A stretch of DNA of 32,000 nucleotides from Saccharolobus solfataricus (GCF_900079115.1 NZ_LT549890.1:2910001-2942000); one strand, 5' to 3'; positions 19,620 through 27,788 are shown, numbered from the stretch's first letter. The notes: generated by a model from the sequence alone, not told the origin. Numbers and translations: made by a program.

Positions 19620-20112
19620 TGAAGGCTGTTTCGTTAGGGTAAACTTGAGCAAACACTGTAACGTTATAACCACTAATTTGGAGGACAACAGGATAGTCCC
19701 ATACGTATCCTGGTAATGAGAAATTGTAAATTAGGGGCTGTGGAAGGTTCCCATTAATAGGATTTGCTTGCCCATTAGCTATTATGAAAGGTATTACTTT
19801 AGAAGTAATATTATAAATCACACCACCCTTCATGTAATAAACACCAGTTAACGTATAGTTAGCATTACCCTTCAGTACAATGAGAGTAGAATTAGCCCAA
19901 ACTGAACTTGAAGAACTTTTTGGATAAGTAGAGTTGAAGAATATTAGAATTCCACCACCATTTATCTGATTCTTTAGAACTTGAACATAGTCTAATTGTT
20001 TGGCTGAAGGTACAGAGTAATTACTAAGTATATAAAATAAGGGAATGACTATTAATACTATTATTATTATAGCGATTATAAAACCAATATATTCAGACTG
20101 AGCCTTTCTCAT
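19612..20112 (-). CDS. Putative secreted pilin-like protein (166 aa) with a class III-type signal peptide; last gene of the four-gene operon
   Basis: The N-terminus is MRKA|QSEYIGFIIAIIIIVLIVIPLFYIL: a K/R then A at the predicted cleavage site, followed by about 22 hydrophobic residues. The remainder looks beta-rich and N/S/T/Y-rich with several N-x-S/T sequons. The gap to the upstream gene is 9 nt. Confidence 0.6.
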   Translation of the reverse strand: MRKAQSEYIGFIIAIIIIVLIVIPLFYILSNYSVPSAKQLDYVQVLKNQINGGGILIFFNSTYPKSSSSSVWANSTLIVLKGNANYTLTGVYYMKGGVIYNITSKVIPFIIANGQANPINGNLPQPLIYNFSLPGYVWDYPVVLQISGYNVTVFAQVYPNETAFTS

Positions 20113-20121
20113 GATTACTCA

Positions 20122-21519
20122 CTACGACAAGGATGTCCAATATATTATTATATCGTAGTAAACTTCTATATTCATTGGTTGATTTATTATGACATAAGAA
20201 GGAATATTTGGAAATATGTATTCAAAGTAAGTTCCATTAGAGTACTGGAATGTTACTGTTTGTGCACCATAAGAATAGGGTATATTTACTATACCAGTGG
20301 GAGAAAAACTATAGTTTCCGCCTATTATCCAATAATATTTATTATAATTGTATACTGTGTCATTTAAGATTAAATTTACACTTCCTGGTAACTTATAACC
20401 ATAAATATAAATCTCGTAATAATTATAATTGTTATAATATTTTATATAAACTACAGGAGTTTGCGAACTTGAGGGAGGTATAAATAGTATAAATGATCTT
20501 GCAGTATAGACATTTCCATTATAAGTAGAGTTTGAGTAAATATAGTGCTTTATTATTCCTTGCTGTTGCTGAGTTGTATCATTAAACTGTAATGTATATA
20601 ACGTAATGTTTACATAGCCTGCAGGAACTTGAACAGTATAACTTCTTGTAATAGTGTAGTTGCTTCCATCTATATTTACAGTAATTGGAACGTTAGGATC
20701 ATTAGTACAAATTTTAAGGTTAACCGTGGTTGTTATCACACTATAATTGGCTATTAGCACAAGGGGTTGACCTTGTAAGGTCACTTTAACTCCTTGAGTT
20801 GTTGTGGAATTAAGAGTACCTGAACCCAATTTTATCCAGTTATAAAATACTCCAGTTACTATTTGACCCTTACTGTTTTGATAGTAAACGTATTGTGGGG
20901 CTTTCACAGTAAAAGTGCCAGTTTGATTAGGAAAAGCAACTGGAGTAGTATAATTCTTAAGTGACCCGTAAATATTAGATGTAATATTAGCTGAAACCGA
21001 TAATGGACCGTTTTTAGTATAGATTTGTGCTAATATTTCAACTCCACCTTTACTTGCTGTAGCAAATGGTCCTATTGACGATCCAGGTTGTAGGAAGAAT
21101 ATGTTACCTAAAGAAGTTACTATAATTATAGGTTTACCAGAAGTATAGCTTGGCAAATTTATGAGCTGCCCTTGAGATACTACTAAAGGATACTTAATTG
21201 AGGTTACGTTTACCCATATTCCATTAGAGTTAAGATAGAGGATAGAAACTATAGTCAAATTCGAAGGAGGTACAAAAGTACCATTTGAGTATATTAGGAA
21301 AATAGAACTACCATTATAATAAAGGGAAGGGTGACCAGTAGTTACTTGAGATATTTGAAGGTTTTTTAGATAGACGTAATTGTTAACAACCGACTGAGTG
21401 ACAGCATTATATTGTGATGAATATTCCAAGTAATATAACATGGGGACTAGAACCAACAATATTATAAATATTAAAATTATTACTGAAATCACATTCGATA
21501 ATCCCTTATTCATTATCAT
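20122..21519 (-). CDS. Putative large pilin-like surface glycoprotein (465 aa from ATG 21519)
   Basis: The track ORF starts at 21558. ATG 21519 gives MIMNKG|LSNVISVIILIFIILLVLVPMLYYL, a class III-like site, and overlaps the upstream stop as TAATG. I count about 16 N-x-S/T sequons by hand. It is a paralogue of the 550-aa protein. Confidence 0.6.
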   Translation of the reverse strand: MIMNKGLSNVISVIILIFIILLVLVPMLYYLEYSSQYNAVTQSVVNNYVYLKNLQISQVTTGHPSLYYNGSSIFLIYSNGTFVPPSNLTIVSILYLNSNGIWVNVTSIKYPLVVSQGQLINLPSYTSGKPIIIVTSLGNIFFLQPGSSIGPFATASKGGVEILAQIYTKNGPLSVSANITSNIYGSLKNYTTPVAFPNQTGTFTVKAPQYVYYQNSKGQIVTGVFYNWIKLGSGTLNSTTTQGVKVTLQGQPLVLIANYSVITTTVNLKICTNDPNVPITVNIDGSNYTITRSYTVQVPAGYVNITLYTLQFNDTTQQQQGIIKHYIYSNSTYNGNVYTARSFILFIPPSSSQTPVVYIKYYNNYNYYEIYIYGYKLPGSVNLILNDTVYNYNKYYWIIGGNYSFSPTGIVNIPYSYGAQTVTFQYSNGTYFEYIFPNIPSYVIINQPMNIEVYYDIIIYWTSLS

Positions 21520-23171
21520 TACCCCCCATCTTGGTAAGGTTCTCCATAGTATTCCCACTGCTGATAATTTATCAGTATTGTGGGTGAGTTAATATATATT
21601 ATCCCATAGTTACCTTCATAAGGCTTAGGAGAATAGTTATAAGGAGTATATAGGTTGTATAATGTTAGGTTGTATAATGTTACGTTTGTTGGGTAAGAAA
21701 GAAGATAGCTCGCGTTAATTTGACCAAATTGAAACGTACCATTCATCTCATTTAAATAATCTAATGTGATCAATAAATTCGTACCAGCTTTAAAGTAGAT
21801 TTTCTCTGGTATATAATTCTGAGGATTACCTAATACTATTTGCTGATCGGTTCCTATTTGAACTTGTAATAATTGTCTTGCTATGCTCCCATTAACTGGC
21901 GTATTGTTATATGTAGCCCATACCCCGTTCGGAAATTGAAAATAATTCATCGCAATCACTAAATAGTATATCGAATTATTATTATAATTAGCTGTTATTT
22001 TTCCACTACCATTAACGAAAACTGTATAGGAGTTTATTACACTTATTTTACTAGTGTTTGTTGATAAACCTTGGAGTTGATAACAATTTATTTGACCACC
22101 TTGTATCGTCACTTCTCCATTATTCTGTTTGGATAAACCATTCTTAATTGGTACTGCATTATAAGCGCTTTGGTAGGCACTTGAGGTATAGTTAAATGTT
22201 ATATTGTAATATGATGGGAATTGTATTATATGATAGCCATAAGTTAATTGTAATTTTATCCCATTAGAGCCTATATAGTATTGTTTACTATCTATTAACA
22301 CTGGTATTGTTTTATTAAGTGAGGTTAAGGTAACTTGATTATTATTCTGATTTATAGTGCTTCCTAGTGGTAAACCATTAGTATTTATTAATACATTAAA
22401 TTTCTGTAACTGCGCCTTATATATCGCAGTCAAAACTAGGGGTCCGGTTACGGTAAAAGCGGTAGAAAGTTGAGAAGGCGAATTCAGATTCCCATATCCT
22501 ACTAGGGTCCAGTTCTGGAATGTAGCGGTCAACCCATAACCTTGTAAGAATATGGTAGAACCGTTCTTGTCACTAATCGAATACGTACCAGGATTTAGAT
22601 AATAGACTTGTGGAGTTAAGAGTGACGGGTTTGCCCCTAAAATCACTTGGACGCTTACTGGAATTACTTTGCTTCCATTTATTACAAATGCGGTAACGTA
22701 AACCGGTATCTTACCCGAAGGTCCCGATATGGTAACTGTGGTAACTGAAGTGTTTGGATTTAGGAAATAGAAGTTGGCTTGAGAAGACACTATTATGATA
22801 GGCTGGTTGAATGCAACACGTGGCAAATAAATGTTCTGGTTTCCAGCTACTACTATTGAATTTTTGAGAACTGGAACCCATATACTACCGTTGAAATAGT
22901 ATATTTGTGTTATGTTAAGTGGATATGGTATTGAGTTATATAGAAATTCCAGATAAGGATGAATAGAGGAATTATAATATATGTTGGGATTTCCTCTAAA
23001 TACTTGATTTTGCTCATTCTTCTGAAGTTGTTGATAACCAGTACCGGCAATCTGCCCTTGACTTGAGTATATTGGAGTTGAGTTAAATATTAATAATGCT
23101 GGTATTAATACGGAGAGGAGAATTATGAGCGTTATTATTAAGAATATTGCGGAAGATAATGCTTTCTTCAT
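21519..23171 (-). CDS. Putative large pilin-like surface glycoprotein (550 aa)
   Basis: The N-terminus is MKKA|LSSAIFLIITLIILLSVLIPALLIF. I count about 21 N-x-S/T sequons by hand. Charged residues are very scarce. It overlaps the upstream gene by 4 nt (ATGA). Confidence 0.6.
   Translation of the reverse strand: MKKALSSAIFLIITLIILLSVLIPALLIFNSTPIYSSQGQIAGTGYQQLQKNEQNQVFRGNPNIYYNSSIHPYLEFLYNSIPYPLNITQIYYFNGSIWVPVLKNSIVVAGNQNIYLPRVAFNQPIIIVSSQANFYFLNPNTSVTTVTISGPSGKIPVYVTAFVINGSKVIPVSVQVILGANPSLLTPQVYYLNPGTYSISDKNGSTIFLQGYGLTATFQNWTLVGYGNLNSPSQLSTAFTVTGPLVLTAIYKAQLQKFNVLINTNGLPLGSTINQNNNQVTLTSLNKTIPVLIDSKQYYIGSNGIKLQLTYGYHIIQFPSYYNITFNYTSSAYQSAYNAVPIKNGLSKQNNGEVTIQGGQINCYQLQGLSTNTSKISVINSYTVFVNGSGKITANYNNNSIYYLVIAMNYFQFPNGVWATYNNTPVNGSIARQLLQVQIGTDQQIVLGNPQNYIPEKIYFKAGTNLLITLDYLNEMNGTFQFGQINASYLLSYPTNVTLYNLTLYNLYTPYNYSPKPYEGNYGIIYINSPTILINYQQWEYYGEPYQDGG
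21651..21680. repeat. Perfect in-frame 15-bp tandem duplication inside the 550-aa gene
   Basis: TAGGTTGTATAATGT occurs twice back to back (21651-21665 and 21666-21680). On the coding strand this encodes TLYNL-TLYNL. Confidence 0.95.
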
Positions 23172-23731
23172 GTTGAAGGCACCCCCGTGAAGGTATACCC
23201 TATTCTAAACCAATAACCATTTGAGTTATATAACACCCAGACAATTAAAATATAATTACTCCCACCAACTCCATTTACCGTTATAGTAACTGGAGTATTA
23301 AAGGGCACTGTGTATGCTGTTATTTGAGAATCATAAATTATCCTACCATTTACATCGTATATTGGAATACTTATTGTAAAGCTTTTGGCTAATTTTTCGT
23401 TTGATAAATAAACTGAAAATTGTGGAGGTGACTGAGGTGTTACTAATCCCACATCTTGCTGTAAATATGAAGGTTCTGGGAAGACTATTAAAGTAATGTT
23501 TCCAGATATTGCTGGATTATACGCTTCAATTACTGTACTAGCACTACCTGAGTTAAATATTAATGGCCCTACTGACACAGTTGTTGAAGAGGATATGGAG
23601 CTAGCTTGCTGTTGAGCTAAACTGAATATCTCATGAGGTATGAAATATGAAGTTACGAAACCAAATAGTACTAATCCTATTAAAACTACTGCAATAATTA
23701 TAATGAACTCTTCCGTAACCTCTGAAGGCAT
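23168..23731 (-). CDS. Putative small pilin/archaellin-accessory-like protein (187 aa); first gene of the operon
   Basis: The N-terminus MPSEVTEEFIIIIAVVLIGLVLFGFVTSYF has a hydrophobic helix but no basic n-region. The body is Ser/Thr/Asn-rich and beta-like. It is a paralogue of residues 1-190 of the divergent 467-aa protein. Confidence 0.55.
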   Translation of the reverse strand: MPSEVTEEFIIIIAVVLIGLVLFGFVTSYFIPHEIFSLAQQQASSISSSTTVSVGPLIFNSGSASTVIEAYNPAISGNITLIVFPEPSYLQQDVGLVTPQSPPQFSVYLSNEKLAKSFTISIPIYDVNGRIIYDSQITAYTVPFNTPVTITVNGVGGSNYILIVWVLYNSNGYWFRIGYTFTGVPST

Positions 23732-23756
23732 ATCTATTCTGTATATTAAGAAAAAG

Positions 23757-23767
23757 TTATATATAAA
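23757..23767. promoter_or_regulatory. Shared palindromic TATA element for the divergent pilin-like genes
   Basis: TTATATATAA(A) is centred at about 23762. That is 27 nt from the plus-strand ATG (23789) and 31 nt from the minus-strand ATG (23731), within a 57-bp intergenic spacer. Confidence 0.55.
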
Positions 23768-23788
23768 TCCTCGCCTATTATTCTATAT

Positions 23789-25192
23789 ATGCCTAGTGCT
23801 GTCACGAATTTGCTGATAATAATCGCTACTGTTATAATCACACTATCTGCTTTCGCAATATATTCAACATTCCTTTCAGTACAAGGTGTTACATTTTTGC
23901 AAGAGGAGAATGTGATAAGTATTTCAAAAACTGTTCAGGTAGTTGTTTCGCAAGTTTCGTTTAAGGGTCTACCACCTAGTTATAATTACTTTAATGTTAG
24001 TTACTTACTCTGGATTAACTCACCTACTAAATATGTTACTGTTATACCTTTTGTTGCTTCACCCCGGTTAAACCCATTTTACACTCTTCCTAGCAATAGC
24101 CAAAATGCAAGCATATTCTTTTCTACCCCTAATGGTTATACTTCATTAAAATCTTTTGTTTTTAGTAATAATGTATATTTACCCCAACAAAGTCAATTAA
24201 TTGCAAAAACTAATGGCGTTTATGCTTACAATTTGACCTCAAATCGAAGTTATATCTTATCAGCTAAAGTTTCGAACAGCCAAATAATCGTACTATGGAT
24301 CTTGTACTATTATCAAGGAAAGTGGTATAGACTAGATTACACATACTTAAACCCATCAAATGCGGGAGTAGGGGTTTATGTATTATCTGGGAGTGGAAAC
24401 TACGTTGGGAATTCTAAAAATACTAATTTTACACCTCCGCATCAAGTAGCAAACCAGAAGGGTTTGGGCTTTGGATTATGGTTTAAGCTTATCTCTAATG
24501 CGACTACCAAGACTTATCTTTTTAATGAAACTATTACACCTACTGATAATAAAAATTTCTCAATTTTAGCTTGGGTTATTGGGAATAAGTTGTACGTTGG
24601 AATTTACAGTTCGTTAGGTAATACCGGAAATAAACTTAGCACAAACCAAACTTATCTGTTAACGCTCTCTCCTAACAATTGGTATTTTATTAACTTTAGT
24701 CTTGGAAGTATACTAGACTTCTCCAAAAGTCCTGGAAGTCAACTATCGCCGTCCCAAAGCGTTAATTTTACAATTTATAATTTGAGTAGTCAAAAATGGC
24801 TTAACACTACTACATTAGGAGTTGGGGAATCTAATGGATATATATCAATAGTGAAGTTTGGCTCATCCTCAGCAACCATTACGATATCTCAAGCTTATTT
24901 TGTAACCTTGCAAAATAAGCCGAGTTTAACTAACTTCTATAACGTTTCGAGTATAATGTTCAAAGATGGTCCGTTATATAACAATACTTATAATTACAAT
25001 AGGACTATAGTGAGTTCTAATAATTTGTACGCAATAGGTTATTGGTATTTTATATATCCAAGTTATCCGCCTCCTTCCACAATCCCGGGAATACTATGGT
25101 ACTGGCCTATAGGAAATGGCCAAAGTAACACTAAATATCCACAAATATACTACATACCGGAACAAGGTTACAATACGTATGTTTTAATATGA
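23789..25192 (+). CDS. Putative pilin-like N-terminal module fused to a LamG/concanavalin-A-like domain (467 aa); candidate adhesin
   Basis: The N-terminus is MPSAVTNLLIIIATVIITLSAFAIYSTFL. Residues 1-190 align with the 187-aa protein. From about residue 195, the pattern GFGLWFKL...YLFNE...FSILAWVIGNKLYVGIYSS...NNWYFINFSLG resembles Laminin_G_3-type lectin folds. It has many N-x-S/T sequons. Confidence 0.55.
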   Translation: MPSAVTNLLIIIATVIITLSAFAIYSTFLSVQGVTFLQEENVISISKTVQVVVSQVSFKGLPPSYNYFNVSYLLWINSPTKYVTVIPFVASPRLNPFYTLPSNSQNASIFFSTPNGYTSLKSFVFSNNVYLPQQSQLIAKTNGVYAYNLTSNRSYILSAKVSNSQIIVLWILYYYQGKWYRLDYTYLNPSNAGVGVYVLSGSGNYVGNSKNTNFTPPHQVANQKGLGFGLWFKLISNATTKTYLFNETITPTDNKNFSILAWVIGNKLYVGIYSSLGNTGNKLSTNQTYLLTLSPNNWYFINFSLGSILDFSKSPGSQLSPSQSVNFTIYNLSSQKWLNTTTLGVGESNGYISIVKFGSSSATITISQAYFVTLQNKPSLTNFYNVSSIMFKDGPLYNNTYNYNRTIVSSNNLYAIGYWYFIYPSYPPPSTIPGILWYWPIGNGQSNTKYPQIYYIPEQGYNTYVLI

Positions 25193-25204
25193 TAAAAATT
25201 GCAC

Positions 25205-25219
25205 TTTTTTTAAAAAAAA
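25205..25219. terminator. Bidirectional oligo-T terminator (T7 followed by A8) between convergent genes
   Basis: TTTTTTTAAAAAAAA lies between the stop of the 467-aa gene (25190-25192) and the stop of the MFS gene (25222-25224). Confidence 0.6.
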
Positions 25220-25221
25220 GT

Positions 25222-26568
25222 TTATTTTGATAATTCTTCAAGTTCAATCTTTGATGCCTTAGGTCCTAAAATTGCTACGTCTAGAGTTACTATAAGAGCC
25301 ATAATGAATACTATAGTGTACATTGCAACTGGTCCATTACTATATAATACTATTGGTAAGAGGGTTAACCAAATGTAGTTTCCTAACCTACTTAAGGAGT
25401 ATTGTACACCATCTGCAAAAGCCCTTACTCTCGTAGGGTATAATTCTGCACCGTATTGATGGAAAGCGTTAGAGAATATGTTTGATAGGAAACCGAATGT
25501 GAAACCAGTTACTACTGCCTCCAGAGGAGAGGATGAAAATCCAAAGGCTAATCCCACCAATCCCATTAGTAACATTACAATACTTACTTGCCATTTTCTA
25601 TCAAACTTTTGACTATCTATGATAAAGATTGATGCGAGAGAACTTATAAAATATGAAGTATAGATTATCATCGTGTACTGTAGAGTATGCACCAATGTGA
25701 AACCTTTCGCAAATAGCACTGAAGGAGCTAGAGACGCAAATCCATAATATACACCAGCTTGTAAGAATTCAAATATCCAAAGCATTACCGTCCTCTTTCT
25801 ATACAATGGCGAGAATAGTTCAGATATTTTAACCCTTTGTGAAGTTATAACTTGAACCTGTATTGGTTCTCCTAATTGTCCCTTCTCCTTAATTGCGATC
25901 TCCTCCATTTTTCTAACTGTTTTTTCAGCCTCATCCAATCTTCCCTTACTTTCTAACCATCTAGGAGATTCTGGTATTAGGAACCTAAATGGTATTATTG
26001 TCAGTATCCCTAACCCTCCTATTATGAATAACCATTGCCATCCGTACAGAAAATACTTGTGAGGCAGAAGAAAATAAGCTAGAACTGCAACAACGATAGG
26101 GGCAGTCCACGCTATGGTATAGCCAATTGCTAACGCCTTACCTCTAACGTTAGATGGGAAGAACTCCGTTACTAAAACATCCAAAACTAATATTGCTTCT
26201 GGTCCAACACCTACTCCAGCAAGGAATCTTAATATCCCCAAAGTTAGAATATTGGGAGAGAAGGGAATGAGCAACAGAGCGATAGAGGTTATTGTCATAT
26301 TAATTATTAGTGCTGTCCTTCTACCTACTGAATCTCCTATATAATTGAAAATTATTGCACCTACGAATGCTCCTAGAAAGAAGATTGCAACTGTATAGTA
26401 GATTCCAGTTGCTGATGAGACTTTGTAGAATGAGGCTATCTGTGATGCGACAAATCCTCCAGTAAATAGATCGTATAGTTCAAAGAATTCTCCCAGGGTT
26501 AGGATAGCTAATAATCTAGTATGAAAGGATGTCCAAGGTAGTCTTTCTATTCTTCCAGCTATACTCAT
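25222..26568 (-). CDS. MFS transporter, sugar-porter family
   Basis: 448 aa with GDSVGRR, the PESPRWLESKGR signature after TM6, and 12 hydrophobic segments. Confidence 0.8.
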   Translation of the reverse strand: MSIAGRIERLPWTSFHTRLLAILTLGEFFELYDLFTGGFVASQIASFYKVSSATGIYYTVAIFFLGAFVGAIIFNYIGDSVGRRTALIINMTITSIALLLIPFSPNILTLGILRFLAGVGVGPEAILVLDVLVTEFFPSNVRGKALAIGYTIAWTAPIVVAVLAYFLLPHKYFLYGWQWLFIIGGLGILTIIPFRFLIPESPRWLESKGRLDEAEKTVRKMEEIAIKEKGQLGEPIQVQVITSQRVKISELFSPLYRKRTVMLWIFEFLQAGVYYGFASLAPSVLFAKGFTLVHTLQYTMIIYTSYFISSLASIFIIDSQKFDRKWQVSIVMLLMGLVGLAFGFSSSPLEAVVTGFTFGFLSNIFSNAFHQYGAELYPTRVRAFADGVQYSLSRLGNYIWLTLLPIVLYSNGPVAMYTIVFIMALIVTLDVAILGPKASKIELEELSK

Positions 26569-26669
26569 ATGTATTAGTAAGGTAAATAAACTAATAAATT
26601 TTCTAAAGGAGAGATGTTCGAAATCTGCTTGAGATAGTCTTATTTATCCTTAATTTTCTAACGTAAGAT

Positions 26670-27788
26670 ATGGATAAAATTAGGGTTATCGAACTAGGGA
26701 GTAACATTTCCGCACCTTTAGTTGGTACCATATTGGCTGACTTAGGAGCTGAAGTAATTAAGGTTGAACCACCACCTTACGGTGATGATAGGAGGAGAGT
26801 TAAGCCTGAAATAAACGGAATTAGTGTATATTTTGCGAGTACGAACAGAGGTAAGAAGAGTGTGGTAATTAACTTGAAGAGTGATGAGGGTTATGAGATC
26901 TTCCAAAGGCTAGTTAAAACTGCAGATGTTATAGTTACTAACTATAGGCCTTCCGCATTAAAGAGGCTTAAGGTTGACTACGAGAGTGTCAAGAGGATTA
27001 ATCCTAAAATAATTTATTGTTCAATAACCGGTTTCGGTAATTTAACTGAAGAGGCTGATAGACCAGCTTACGATCCTATCATACTGGCGTTAAGTGGTTT
27101 AATGGACATGACTGGTGAGGAAAATCCGGTGAAGTTTGCCACTTCAATTTCAGATATTACCACTGGGTTACTTGCAACTGTGATGATACTATGGGCTTTA
27201 AATAAAGGAGGGCCAACATTTATTGACGTCCCAATGATATATACTCAATTTTATTTAACCTTAGAGGACGCTTATATGTATTTAAATACTGGGAAAGTTC
27301 CTAAAAGGATGGGTTCTGCACATAGATACCTAGTACCTTATCAAGCGTTTAAGGTTGTTGATGGTTATATATACGTTGCAGTATTCAATGATGAGCAATA
27401 TCTAAAGCTTTGTAAGGCGTTAAATAGGGAGGACTTATGTAAATTTGACACGTTACAGAAGAGGGTTGAAAATAGGGATTATTTAATAAAAGAATTGGGG
27501 AAAATTTTTGAGAAGAATACTAGAGATTATTGGGTAGATTTATTAAGTAAGGCTGATGTACCAGTTGCCCCAGTATTAAGCCTAGAACAAGCGTTTAAAA
27601 AGTATGGTAATAGGTTGGTTTATGAGATTGAGGGCGTTAAGTATATTGATTTCCCCATAAACATAACGTCAAATAAGAGTAAAGCACCTAGACTTGGCGA
27701 GAATACTAAAGAGGTTTTACTTGAGTTAGGGTATTCGGAAGGGGAGATAAATAGACTTGCTGAAAAGGGGATAATAATGCTAATATGA
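26670..27788 (+). CDS. Family III CoA-transferase (CaiB/BaiF / alpha-methylacyl-CoA racemase-like)
   Basis: 372 aa. The N-terminal signature is ISAPLVGTILADLGAEVIKVEPPPYGDDRR, with TNYRP and a SITGFG region. Confidence 0.8.
   Translation: MDKIRVIELGSNISAPLVGTILADLGAEVIKVEPPPYGDDRRRVKPEINGISVYFASTNRGKKSVVINLKSDEGYEIFQRLVKTADVIVTNYRPSALKRLKVDYESVKRINPKIIYCSITGFGNLTEEADRPAYDPIILALSGLMDMTGEENPVKFATSISDITTGLLATVMILWALNKGGPTFIDVPMIYTQFYLTLEDAYMYLNTGKVPKRMGSAHRYLVPYQAFKVVDGYIYVAVFNDEQYLKLCKALNREDLCKFDTLQKRVENRDYLIKELGKIFEKNTRDYWVDLLSKADVPVAPVLSLEQAFKKYGNRLVYEIEGVKYIDFPINITSNKSKAPRLGENTKEVLLELGYSEGEINRLAEKGIIMLI

Noticed and set aside
21520-21558. The 13-codon N-terminal extension (MGILWRTLPRWGV) of track ORF 20122..21558
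   Set aside because: It lies entirely inside the upstream 550-aa gene. Starting at ATG 21519 gives a TAATG stop/start overlap and a canonical short basic n-region (MIMNKG) ahead of the hydrophobic helix.
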